Assembly (NCBI GenBank): GCA_964569765.1
Contig: CAZMVY010000001.1
Location: forward strand, 4 to 64,003
Origin: an uncultured Planctomycetales bacterium
Lineage (GTDB): Bacteria; Planctomycetota; Phycisphaerae; UBA1845; PWPN01
Direction of reading: 5' to 3'
DNA: 64,000 nucleotides
The notes beneath the pieces were generated by a model. It saw nothing but the letters and a program-made list of their open reading frames with translations, made no database searches and was not told where the DNA came from. The translations under genes and the position numbers were made by a program. The number at the start of each line of letters is the position of its first letter. Positions within the stretch are counted from its first letter, which is position 1. This document shows, one piece after another, positions 37,107 through 46,538 of this stretch.

Positions 37107-38891
37107 TCACCCGAGCCAGGCGATGAGCGGCTCACCCACAATCAGTCGCCACACATAATGGGCTACGAAGACAAGCCCGAGGGCCGTCACCGCCGCCCCC
37201 CCCCCCGTCGGCAGCACGGTCAGCAGCCAGCGGCGCGTGCCCGCCCGACCCATGAGCCGCTCCGCAAAACGACGGCTCGAAAGTGCGAGAAACCCGATCA
37301 TCATCAGCGTCAAGGCCAGCCCGAGTCCGAAGACCACGACCGCGAACAGGCCGGCCGCCGGCCGCCCCCTTGCGATACCTGCGAGCATCATCCAGATCGC
37401 CGCCGGGCATGGCACAATGCCTCCGCTGATCCCCAACCACAGGATCAACCGCATCGTGAGGCGAGGCGACCCCGAGTCGGCCGCCTCTTCTCTACTGGGA
37501 CCGCCATGTATGTGGGGATGGCTGTGCGTCAAGAGCGTCCGGACCCATCGGGACCAGCCGCGTGACCTGTCTGATTCCCTGTCGTGCCCGTGATCATGGT
37601 CGTGGTCATGTTCGTGGTCATGGTGATGCTCGTGTTCGTGCTGCTCAACGTGGGCGTGATTCCGCCGCAGCCTCCCGCTGAGGGCCCGAAACATGAGCCA
37701 GCCGCCCATGCACGCGATCAGGACGCCGGCCGTCAACCCCAGCCATAACTGGAGCCGCGAGCCGGCTGGCGCGCTGACCTTCAGGAACACAAGCCCCACG
37801 GCCATCACAAGGGCCGTATGCGTCAGCGTAACGATGAGGGCGAGCATCACTGCATGCCGGTACGTTCCTCGAAGCGAGATCAGATATGCCGCCACGATCG
37901 TCTTCGCATGACCGGGGGCGAGGGCATGAGCAGCGCCGTATCCGAAACACAACACGGCGATGAGCCCGAGCACCGGCATCGACAACCCCGTAGCAAACAG
38001 GTCCTCGATGCGCTGGGCCTGCCGGCGGTATGTATCGGCCCGGACGGGATTGTTCCGCGGGTCGATGAACCGCTCCCAGGATGGCGACCGGCTCGTCTTC
38101 TTCGCCGCCCGGCTCACGCTGAAAACCACCCGACCTGTACGGACCTCCGGCATCCTGGCCGGGTCATACAGCTCGTACAGGAACGGGTCCGGCGGCTCGT
38201 CAAGGTATTGGCAGTCGCGTTCGTGGATCGTGACCCCGGCGCCGCGTTCGAGAAGCACTCGTTTCAGCCCGCGTTCCCGCGGATACGTGGCGTCCAGGTA
38301 GTCGAGTACGTACCGGCGCCCCTCCTGGAGTTGTGGGAACTCCGCCGCATAGCGGATGAGAAGCCGGTACGTCGGCATGCCGCCGACGCCGGTGAGCGTC
38401 AGCAGCGTCCGCTGGGGCGGCGAGACCTCGGCTGCCGCCGTCGTCGCCGGGCTGCCCTCGTCAACGGGGCGAAGCGCCAGTGACTGTCCGTCAAAGCTCA
38501 CACGCAGATCCGGAATGAATGCCGTCGCCTTCCGGTTCAGCCACGCCCGCTGCTCCTCGGCGGTGTCTTCGCCATCCCGATTGGCATCGATCTCCTGACG
38601 CCGGATCGTGTCGGCCGGCATCTCGGCAAAATCAAGGTGGAAGTCTACCTCAATACGGTTCGGGCAGATATACAGCACGCTGAAATGAGTGATAGTGTCG
38701 TTGCCGAGCGGATGCGCGAATGCAAACCGATGGACCGGCGCAAGGAGCAGCATTATTGCGGCCCAACCGACCGGACGGCGTCTGTTGGCGATCCTTCGAA
38801 AAGATGCGCCATCGAGAACGCCCGGTGGCGGCTGGCGCAGGCCGTCCGGAACGACGGCACTGCTCATCCTGACTGCGCCTCGAAGATCCAT
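37107..38891 (-). CDS. NicO/RcnA-type Ni/Co transporter fused to an N-terminal ~330-aa extracytoplasmic domain
   Basis: NicO signatures HALAPGHAKT and GGIVPCPAA. His-rich loop HAHVEQHEHEHHHDHEHDHDHDHGH. Start is ATG 38891 or 38867. No family recognised for the N-terminal domain. Confidence 0.8.
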   Translation of the reverse strand: MDLRGAVRMSSAVVPDGLRQPPPGVLDGASFRRIANRRRPVGWAAIMLLLAPVHRFAFAHPLGNDTITHFSVLYICPNRIEVDFHLDFAEMPADTIRRQEIDANRDGEDTAEEQRAWLNRKATAFIPDLRVSFDGQSLALRPVDEGSPATTAAAEVSPPQRTLLTLTGVGGMPTYRLLIRYAAEFPQLQEGRRYVLDYLDATYPRERGLKRVLLERGAGVTIHERDCQYLDEPPDPFLYELYDPARMPEVRTGRVVFSVSRAAKKTSRSPSWERFIDPRNNPVRADTYRRQAQRIEDLFATGLSMPVLGLIAVLCFGYGAAHALAPGHAKTIVAAYLISLRGTYRHAVMLALIVTLTHTALVMAVGLVFLKVSAPAGSRLQLWLGLTAGVLIACMGGWLMFRALSGRLRRNHAHVEQHEHEHHHDHEHDHDHDHGHDRESDRSRGWSRWVRTLLTHSHPHIHGGPSREEAADSGSPRLTMRLILWLGISGGIVPCPAAIWMMLAGIARGRPAAGLFAVVVFGLGLALTLMMIGFLALSSRRFAERLMGRAGTRRWLLTVLPTGGGAAVTALGLVFVAHYVWRLIVGEPLIAWLG

Positions 38892-39129
38892 AGCGCACGT
38901 TTCCCGCTCTGCGACCGGGCGACTGCACACCGCAAACGCGGTCCGTCGCGCCGGCCAGCCCCTTTCCGCAGTGCGATCCGACACCGAAGAACGGGCCGCA
39001 TGCCGGACACATGATACCCGATCGGCGGCTCACGGGGAGAAAAAGAAGGGATACATACGCCCTGCCGCTGCGGAAAGAGGGTCGGTCCGCCGGGGTCAGC
39101 GACCCAAAGGAGATGGCCCGCACACCCCG

Positions 39130-41466
39130 CTATTTCGTCGCCGGCCTGCTGGTTGCCGCCGTCTGCTTCTGAATCGATTCCAGCCGGGCCACATAGGGCA
39201 GGCGATCGGGATTCGTCTCCTGCCCCGCCACACCGGCCTGATACGCCTTGATGGCGTCGTCCCGGTATTTCTGCGCCTCCGCTCCCTGCGTCAATTGCGA
39301 CAGGAGGTAGTATGCAGCGGCCTGATCGACCTGCAGGGTCCAGTCTTTCTTGAGGTCGGGCTCCGCCGTCTCATAGAGCTTCGCGGCCGCCTGCGCCGCG
39401 GCGACGGCCGGGGCCATCTGCTCATCCGCCGCCGCCCGCTCGGCCTGCGGATTCGCCTGGATACCCATCTGCCGGGCCGCAGTCAGCGTGTCAGCCAGCC
39501 GCCGCTTTGCTTCTGCCCGCTGATAGCGAATCCACGCCTGCAGCAGATGCAAATCCGCCTGGATGGCGTCTGCATCTCCAACCCTCCAGTTCTCCTGCTC
39601 GATCTTCTGAAGCCGCGGGTTCGGCTCCCCCTCGGGCGGCTGATCGGCCTTGGCATCGCTCTGACGCTTCACGATGGCCTGGCGGGCCTGCTTGGCCGCC
39701 GCGATACCCCGATCCGTCTCGGCGATCGCAGCCTCTTCGTGGGCGTCCGCCTGTGAGGCCAGATCCCGAATCCTGGTCATGAGATCCCGGAGTTCCCTGG
39801 CCAGGGCATCCCGTTGATCCCGGAGGCCGCGCACGCTCGGCTGCGATCCGGTCGGCTGCGTCGAGGCCCCCGCCCCGCCCGCGATACGGGTCTCAAAGTC
39901 AGCCTTCATCCTGCGGAGCCCGTCGAGCCGGTTCGCGATAAGGGCCGCCAGATCCCGCTCGCCGCGAAGGACCGCTTCGGCCGAACAGATCTCCTGCTTG
40001 TATTGGCGCAGGCTTTTCTGCGACCGCAGAAGCTCACCGGGGTTCGCCGGAGCGATCCGTGCGGTGTGCCAGTTTTCGTGCTCGCTGACCAGCGTCGCGT
40101 TCGGATAACCACCGTACTCGAGGAGATCGGCCTCTCGGGAGGCCTCACGGCTGCGCTTGGACGCCGCCTCATACGCGGCCGTCCGCTCCTTCAGGACCTC
40201 CGGGTGCGAAGGGTCAAAGCCTCGGTTCTCCAACTCTACCATCTCGCGATCGGCTTGAGCTGCCTCGGCGCGCTTCGCCCTGATCTTCGTCTCAAGGGCA
40301 TCGTGTGCGTCCTTCAGCGATTTGAGGTGCGCCTCAAGCATTGCGGCTCGGGCAACCACGTCGTTGCTGTCCTTTTCCAACCGCGCAATCCGCTCGGCAA
40401 GCGACTCCGCCGGACCGGATCGCGGCGTCGGGGTGATTCGCCGAGGATTCTGGCCCGCCTCCGCCGGCGGTGAAGCCGCCTCCGAGGGCTCTTCGGCCGC
40501 GCCCGCCTTGTCCATGCCGCGAAGGGCGCCAAAGAGGTTGTGCAGGAACCTGCCTTGTTTCACCGGGCCTGTAGTCGCGGTCGCTTCGGCGCCGGAGGCC
40601 GGCGCCGAAGCGGCCTGAGCCTCAGCCGGCGCAGACGACGCCCCGGGCGCGGTAGTCGTCTCCGGCACGTTTATCGCCTTGCCGGTGAGCGCCTGCTCCG
40701 CGATGGCCAAGTCGCTCGTGACTCCGATCCACCGGCCGTAGGCCTCCATCAGCCGCGTGGTCAAGCGTTCGATCTCGGCGCGATCAAGTAGTGCGCTGCG
40801 TCGCCGGGCTTCGGCGTAGTGATACGCGAGGATTGCGCGAAGGCGGCTTGCCTCGGGGACGTCGCGGCCGGAGAACGTGGTTTCGCCGGAGGTAACACTC
40901 ATCGTCAGCGCCGCATCGACGACCGCGATGGCCTCCTTGAGGCGGCCTTCGTTGGCCTTCAGCCACTCCTCCGTGCTCCGAACGGCCGAAGCGGCGTCGT
41001 TCGCCAGCGAAACGGAGGGCGCGGGAACGGCACCCCCCGCATACTGGGTCAGAAGGCGATCCGCTTCGCTCATTTGCTGCTGGACGGCAGATGAAGCCGG
41101 TTTGAGCGGACTCTCCTGATCGGCGTAAGAGGTGATCTTGCCCCACTCGGACGTCCACTTTGACAGGATGGCGTCCGTGACCTGAAGAGGGCCGGTCCTG
41201 CCTGAGAGGCGTTCCTGGGCGGCCAGTAGCATTTGCTCGCCCGGGCTGTACGAGGCGAGAATCCGCCGGGCCTTGGCCAGTTCGCGATCCACGTCGCGGT
41301 GTAACTGGTCGCCAGCCTGTTCGGCCGCGGGAACGGAGACAAAGACGAGGATCACGGCCAGCACGGCGGCGGCCGTTGCGACGATAATGGGCCAGTAGCG
41401 TTTCACCCGTGTGTCCAGTGCGGTCAGGGCCTCTGTTGGTACCTCTTGCCCACCGGCGGCAGGCAC
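39130..41466 (-). CDS. Membrane-anchored coiled-coil hypothetical protein (778 aa)
   Basis: One N-terminal TM segment (YWPIIVATAAAVLAVILVFVSV). Long A/E/R/Q-rich helical sequence and an Ala/Pro/Ser-rich linker. No family recognised. Confidence 0.7.
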   Translation of the reverse strand: MPAAGGQEVPTEALTALDTRVKRYWPIIVATAAAVLAVILVFVSVPAAEQAGDQLHRDVDRELAKARRILASYSPGEQMLLAAQERLSGRTGPLQVTDAILSKWTSEWGKITSYADQESPLKPASSAVQQQMSEADRLLTQYAGGAVPAPSVSLANDAASAVRSTEEWLKANEGRLKEAIAVVDAALTMSVTSGETTFSGRDVPEASRLRAILAYHYAEARRRSALLDRAEIERLTTRLMEAYGRWIGVTSDLAIAEQALTGKAINVPETTTAPGASSAPAEAQAASAPASGAEATATTGPVKQGRFLHNLFGALRGMDKAGAAEEPSEAASPPAEAGQNPRRITPTPRSGPAESLAERIARLEKDSNDVVARAAMLEAHLKSLKDAHDALETKIRAKRAEAAQADREMVELENRGFDPSHPEVLKERTAAYEAASKRSREASREADLLEYGGYPNATLVSEHENWHTARIAPANPGELLRSQKSLRQYKQEICSAEAVLRGERDLAALIANRLDGLRRMKADFETRIAGGAGASTQPTGSQPSVRGLRDQRDALARELRDLMTRIRDLASQADAHEEAAIAETDRGIAAAKQARQAIVKRQSDAKADQPPEGEPNPRLQKIEQENWRVGDADAIQADLHLLQAWIRYQRAEAKRRLADTLTAARQMGIQANPQAERAAADEQMAPAVAAAQAAAKLYETAEPDLKKDWTLQVDQAAAYYLLSQLTQGAEAQKYRDDAIKAYQAGVAGQETNPDRLPYVARLESIQKQTAATSRPATK

Positions 41467-41505
41467 CTTCCTCCCGTTATCGTGTATCAGGAAAACCGAT
41501 ATTCG

Positions 41506-42225
41506 TCAATGATCCCGCCCGGCGTCCCCTCCGAGCCGCCTCACGCAGACGCCCCGGTATTCTACGCCCGAGCCGTGGTTTTGAAAGCCGATGTAGCCGC
41601 GACGCGGCCGATCCTTCAGCGGGGCGGCGTCCTTTGCCATCGTCGTCGCGAATTCGTCGAGGTTGGCGTGTACAACCTGAACGCCGTTGATGATCACCCG
41701 CACGATCGGCCCCTCTGCGATAATCTCCATGCTCTGCCACGTCCCGGCGGGCTTCGTCGCGCGAACGGCGGGGGCCATCTCGTGATAGATTGAGCCGGTC
41801 AGTTGCCAAGGCTCAAGCGTTCCCCAGTGGCGGGCATCGTCGTCGATAACCTGGATCTCCATGCCCGTATAGGCGCCGTCACCGGCCAGGGGGCGGCGGA
41901 TGTACACGCCGCTGTTGCCTTCCTTCGGAATCTTGTACTCCAGCTTCAGGTCGAAGTCGCCGTAGTCATCCTCCCGAGTGCCGATCCAGCCGCCCTGCCC
42001 GCCCGAGCACCGGAGCACGCCGTCCACTCCGAGACTCCATGCATCCTGTGAACCGGCATGAACCACGAGGTGGCTGCCGGTCCGGCCGGCCCCTTCGAGC
42101 AGGTTTGTGTAGCCGGCACCGCAGGGCCCCTTCCCGGCACCCTTCGGGCCGAGGGCGGTGCATCCCGCAAGACCGGCAAGCAATATCGCCGGTGCGGCGA
42201 ACCCGTATCGCCGACTCGTTGTCAT
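41506..42225 (-). CDS. DUF1080 (3-keto-disaccharide hydrolase-like) lipoprotein
   Basis: ORF trimmed to ATG 42225. Lipobox LAGLAGC. DFDLKLEYKI..GNSGVYIR, EIQVIDD and GYIGFQNHGSGVEYR. Confidence 0.85.
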   Translation of the reverse strand: MTTSRRYGFAAPAILLAGLAGCTALGPKGAGKGPCGAGYTNLLEGAGRTGSHLVVHAGSQDAWSLGVDGVLRCSGGQGGWIGTREDDYGDFDLKLEYKIPKEGNSGVYIRRPLAGDGAYTGMEIQVIDDDARHWGTLEPWQLTGSIYHEMAPAVRATKPAGTWQSMEIIAEGPIVRVIINGVQVVHANLDEFATTMAKDAAPLKDRPRRGYIGFQNHGSGVEYRGVCVRRLGGDAGRDH

Positions 42226-42276
42226 CGTAATCCCTTTCGTACGCACCAGCCGTTCCGACAGACTTCCCACGTCGCC

Positions 42277-44247
42277 CTATCGGCCCGGCGCGGCCGTAAA
42301 CGGAACCCAGACAATCATCTGCGAATCACCGCGATTGGCCCACGCGTAGTAGGGAATCGCGATGAGCGTCGCCCGGCGCAGGGCGGGCATGCCCGACGCC
42401 GTGGCGGAGCGGTACAGCGGCCCCGAGGTAACCGAGTAATCCGGCCAGATGCCCTCGAATCTCACCTCGCATACGCCGCCGAGCCGGTCCGCCTTGAACG
42501 CAACCGCCGTATCGAGTCGTCCGGTCTTCGCCTCGATCGGCACGAGGACGCTCAGTACGTCAACGCCCGGATTGTCCACGCTCTCTAGGCAATACACGAC
42601 AGGACCGCGCTGGATCGCCATGCGCCCCCGGTTGTTGCGCACACGCGGATCGCACGTGCGAACCGCCACGGGCAGCGGCAGTTCGAGCGTCACCACGTCG
42701 CCCGGATGCCACGTCCGCTTCAGCCGGCAGTAGGAACCGGGCGCGGCTGCGGCATCGGCGGGCCGCCCGTTGACCGAGACCTTCGAGTCGGTACACCACC
42801 CGGGGATGCGGAGAAAGAGGCTGAATTCGCCGTCGGACTCCGGCGAGACGGTCAGCGTGATTGTGCCGTCCCAAGGGTAATGCGTCTCCTGCGTCATGCG
42901 GAGCTTACGGCCGTCCTCGAGTCGCCAGTCCAACTCGTTGTTGTCGTACAGGTGGACCCACACGCCCTCGGGGCTGGTGCTGTAGAGGTACCCCGGGATC
43001 GCGGCGAAGGTGCGGACCACGTTCGTGGGGCAACAGGTGCAATCAAACCACGGCACCCGCTTGTGGCCGCCGGCCGATTCGAGCGGATTCACGTAGAAGT
43101 ACTCCGCGCCACCAAGCGAAACGCCGGACAGAAACCCGTTATAGAAGACCCTTTCCATTTCGTCGGCAAAGCGGGCCTCGCCGGTGGCGGCCAGAAGGCG
43201 CCAGTTCCACATGGCGTTGGCGATGGCCGCGCAGGTTTCGGCGTAGGAGGTGGCGTTGGGAAGCTCAAAGGAGCCGCCGAAGGCCTCGCCGTGGCTCGTC
43301 GCGCCGATGCCGCCGGTGATGTACATCTTGCCGCCGACCATATCCTGCCACATCCGCTCCGAGGCCTCCAGGTACGGGACCTTGCGCGTCTCCAGGAAGT
43401 AGTCAACGCCGCCGCAGTTCAGATAGGCCGCGCGGACGGCGTGGCCTTCGATCACCCGGCGTGAGGCAAACTTGTTGACGTCGAGGAAAAAACCGCTGAG
43501 ATCCAGGTAGGCCGGCGTTCCGGTAGTCCGGAACAGCTCCACGAGGGCCATCTCGACCTCGGGATGTCCGTCGACCTGCTCGATCTTCCCCTTGCCGAAG
43601 GAGCGGGTAAGGTAATCGGCGTATCGCAAGGCGGCGTCGAGGAACTTGCGCCCACCGGTGGCGCGGTAGTGAGCGACGGCCGCCTGAAACAGGTGTCCCG
43701 CGCAATACAGTTCGTGTTCCGCGGCGAGGTTGGAGAATCGCTTGCCGGCACGTTGCTCGACAAACCAGGTATTGAGGTAACCGTCGGGCCCCTGGACGGC
43801 CAGCACGTCGTCGATGGCCTTGTCGAGCATGTTGCGAACGGCGGGGTCGTCCGTCGATTGAAGGACGAGGGCGCAGGCCTCCATCCACTTGTAGAGATCG
43901 GAATCGGTGAAATACGGCCCGCGACGCTCGCACTTCTTGCGGCCGGAGACACGGCGGAAGTTGTCGAGGATGCCGTGGTTCTCGAGCTGTTCGTAGAGCT
44001 TCGGGATCCCGTTGCGGCGGTTGGCCTCCATGCGAGGAAGCCAGAAGCCCTCCTTCATTTTCACGGCACGAATCGGGACCGCATGGAGCTTGGCGCCCGG
44101 GCTGCCGGCCGTGGCGACGAGGCCGGCGTCGCGCCAGGCATCCGGCGAGGGGGTGCCTGAATCATCGGTCGCCCGCGCTCCGCACACCCCCACCACCGCG
44201 CACGACAGGGCCGCTGCCAGAATCGAGGCTGCTGACCAGACCGCCAT
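42277..44247 (-). CDS. GH127 family (DUF1680) beta-L-arabinofuranosidase-like glycoside hydrolase
   Basis: ORF 42277..44670 trimmed to ATG 44247, 5 nt after AGGAGG. Signal peptide. FTDSDLYKWMEA, HELYCAGHLFQAAVA and the Cys-rich CCPTN motif. Confidence 0.9.
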   Translation of the reverse strand: MAVWSAASILAAALSCAVVGVCGARATDDSGTPSPDAWRDAGLVATAGSPGAKLHAVPIRAVKMKEGFWLPRMEANRRNGIPKLYEQLENHGILDNFRRVSGRKKCERRGPYFTDSDLYKWMEACALVLQSTDDPAVRNMLDKAIDDVLAVQGPDGYLNTWFVEQRAGKRFSNLAAEHELYCAGHLFQAAVAHYRATGGRKFLDAALRYADYLTRSFGKGKIEQVDGHPEVEMALVELFRTTGTPAYLDLSGFFLDVNKFASRRVIEGHAVRAAYLNCGGVDYFLETRKVPYLEASERMWQDMVGGKMYITGGIGATSHGEAFGGSFELPNATSYAETCAAIANAMWNWRLLAATGEARFADEMERVFYNGFLSGVSLGGAEYFYVNPLESAGGHKRVPWFDCTCCPTNVVRTFAAIPGYLYSTSPEGVWVHLYDNNELDWRLEDGRKLRMTQETHYPWDGTITLTVSPESDGEFSLFLRIPGWCTDSKVSVNGRPADAAAAPGSYCRLKRTWHPGDVVTLELPLPVAVRTCDPRVRNNRGRMAIQRGPVVYCLESVDNPGVDVLSVLVPIEAKTGRLDTAVAFKADRLGGVCEVRFEGIWPDYSVTSGPLYRSATASGMPALRRATLIAIPYYAWANRGDSQMIVWVPFTAAPGR

Positions 44248-44383
44248 TGTTACCTCCTGACGTACGGCGTGTATGCCGCTGGCATAGTATACCGCTGGGC
44301 GGGGGGTGATCCACACCCCGGTTCGGGTATACTGTCCGGCCGCCAGACCACGAGGAGAGTCTTTGGGATACGAGGGCAGCAGG

Positions 44384-46516
44384 ATGAACCGGTGCGTACG
44401 ATGGACGGTTGTCGGGATGGTGGGATTCGTGGCGTTTTCCCCGGCGATGGCAGCCGCTCCCGAGCTGTTGGGGGTGTATTGCCGGCCTGACGAAGGCTTT
44501 CCCGCGTTCGCGCCGTTCTGGAACGAGGGGGCGCCGATAGAGAACATGCCGGCCAACCCGAACGCCCTGGGTGCGGCGCGGCCGGCGAAGCTCGGATGCT
44601 CGATCCACATCTTCGTGCGGAACACCGGGGCACGGCCTTTGGCGATCGACGACCTTGCCCTTGCGGGCATCAGTCTGGAGAAGGCGATCGCCTTTTCGGA
44701 TCAACGCAAGAACCGCAAGCCGGCCAGCCTGTTTTTCTCCAGGCTGTCGGATGCTGAGCGACAGGCGCTGATCGCCGCCGGCGAACCCGTGTGGCTCCGC
44801 CGCGACCCGCGTGAACTGGCCCCCGGCGAAATCGGCGAGGTGACACTTCGGCTGCGAAGCATGCCGCAGACGAGTCCCCTGCGTATGGAACTGCGATACG
44901 CCGGCGGGACGATGCCTGTTACCGTCACGCCGGAGAACGCCACGCCGCGTTTCGAGGATGTCAGCTTTTCTCCCGGCCTTCGCGAGATCCTCGTATACCT
45001 CAAGCACCCCAGGGTACGCGGGCAGAAACCCATCAGAACCCTGCTGGATGGACAGGACGTCACGGCATCGGCACGGATAAACGCGGATGCCAAGGTGGAT
45101 GTCGTCGTCGCGGCAATCCCGTTGACCAAGCCCCTTGCGCCGGGGTCGTTTCATTGTCTGCACGCCGTGTATCGCGACGGGGCCGCCATGGCGGGCGTTC
45201 GCGCATGGTACGACGAATTCGCATATGGCGTATGGGGCGGCCAACCGGGGGAGGCATCCGACACGAGCGTCGCCGAGGCATACGTCCGCAACCTGCACGC
45301 GCACAACGTCAACATGCAGATGCCGCAGGTGGGCTCGGCCGCGCTCTCCGCCTTCTTCAAGACCGAGGCGGGGCAGCGATTCTGCCGGGAGCAGGGCTTG
45401 CGGTTCGTCATCGGCGATCTGGACAAGTGGGGCATCAAGACGCCGTACGCGTACTTCATCCACGACGAGCCGGACGCGGGCGACGCCCACATCACCGGGC
45501 TGCCGGGCGGGCACGAAGTCGGCAGCCTGGCGCGGTGGGCGATCGAGCGGAGCCAGGGCTGGCGGGCGGAGCGACCGGCCATCCCGCAGACGCTCAATGT
45601 CGACCTGACGTACAAGCCGTACAACTACTACATCTACGGACAGGTGCCCGACATCCTGATGGCGGATCCGTACTATCAGCCGCGGCTGCGAACGGCCTGT
45701 TGGGAACACCCCGAGCGCATCCCCTTATACAGAACCGCGCGGTTCGTGAACGCGGTGAGCACCGTCATCCACTCAGCCGCCGCGCCGAAGCCGACGCACG
45801 TCATCCTGTACGCGAATCGCTACATCGAGCAGGCGGACAAGAAAAAGGGCAGGCAACAGGCCAGAGGCGGCAAGCCCCGTCCGACCGAATCGGCGGACAC
45901 GCGGGAGTTCCGCTACCCCACGCCGGAAGAGAAGCGGATCGAGGTCTTCTACGCGTTGGCGGGTGGCGCCAAGGGGATCTCGTACTGGTGGTTTACACCG
46001 GGCAAGCCCGCATACGGGCTCGGCGGCAAGGGGCCGGAAGCGGCACGGCTGTGGCGCGAAGTCGGGTTGATCGGGGCCGAGGTGCGCACGGCGGGGCCGC
46101 TCATCGTGCGGAGCTGTCCGGCGGACGTCCCGGTACAGGCGCCGGCCGGCGTCATGGTTCGATGCCTGCTCTCCGGGCTCGACGCGATGGTCGTCATTGT
46201 AATCAACGAGCAGCACGTCAACGACGAGCGCGGGACGACGATCACGCCTATTCCCGATGCCACCGTGGACGTGAAGCTGCCGTCGTGGCTCGATGCGACC
46301 GACATCTTCGAGGTTCAGGCGACGGGGATTACGCAGACGCAGGCGTCGAGGAGCGATGCGACGGTGTTGCTCAAGCTCGGAACACTCACGCTGCCGCGGA
46401 TGATCGTGCTGACGGCGGATCCGAAACGGCGGGCCTCAATGGAGGAACAGTACCGGAGCCACTTCGCGGCCAACGTCGCGAAGCTCATCGGCGCCGGTCC
46501 GGGAAAAGCCGAATGA
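44384..46516 (+). CDS. Secreted hypothetical protein (710 aa), candidate glycoside hydrolase-like
   Basis: ORF trimmed to ATG 44384. Signal VVGMVGFVAFSPAMAAAP. Normal composition, unlike the Arg-rich antisense ORF 44162..45709. No family recognised. YAYFIHDEPD and GISYWWF are only reminiscent of clan GH-A strands. Confidence 0.75.
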   Translation: MNRCVRWTVVGMVGFVAFSPAMAAAPELLGVYCRPDEGFPAFAPFWNEGAPIENMPANPNALGAARPAKLGCSIHIFVRNTGARPLAIDDLALAGISLEKAIAFSDQRKNRKPASLFFSRLSDAERQALIAAGEPVWLRRDPRELAPGEIGEVTLRLRSMPQTSPLRMELRYAGGTMPVTVTPENATPRFEDVSFSPGLREILVYLKHPRVRGQKPIRTLLDGQDVTASARINADAKVDVVVAAIPLTKPLAPGSFHCLHAVYRDGAAMAGVRAWYDEFAYGVWGGQPGEASDTSVAEAYVRNLHAHNVNMQMPQVGSAALSAFFKTEAGQRFCREQGLRFVIGDLDKWGIKTPYAYFIHDEPDAGDAHITGLPGGHEVGSLARWAIERSQGWRAERPAIPQTLNVDLTYKPYNYYIYGQVPDILMADPYYQPRLRTACWEHPERIPLYRTARFVNAVSTVIHSAAAPKPTHVILYANRYIEQADKKKGRQQARGGKPRPTESADTREFRYPTPEEKRIEVFYALAGGAKGISYWWFTPGKPAYGLGGKGPEAARLWREVGLIGAEVRTAGPLIVRSCPADVPVQAPAGVMVRCLLSGLDAMVVIVINEQHVNDERGTTITPIPDATVDVKLPSWLDATDIFEVQATGITQTQASRSDATVLLKLGTLTLPRMIVLTADPKRRASMEEQYRSHFAANVAKLIGAGPGKAE

Positions 46517-46538
46517 CCGCCGGGCCTGACCGGCCCCG

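Noticed and set aside
38892-39129. NiCo (czcD-type) riboswitch upstream of the NicO transporter
   Set aside because: It is a plausible location, but I cannot reproduce the consensus reliably from memory and saw no convincing four-way-junction pattern. The gene start itself is ambiguous (38984, 38891 or 38867). Rfam cmscan is needed.
44162-45709. 515-aa minus-strand ORF overlapping the GH127 start and the divergent gene
   Set aside because: It spans the divergent promoter region and is Arg-rich nonsense. The plus-strand ORF has a signal peptide and balanced composition.
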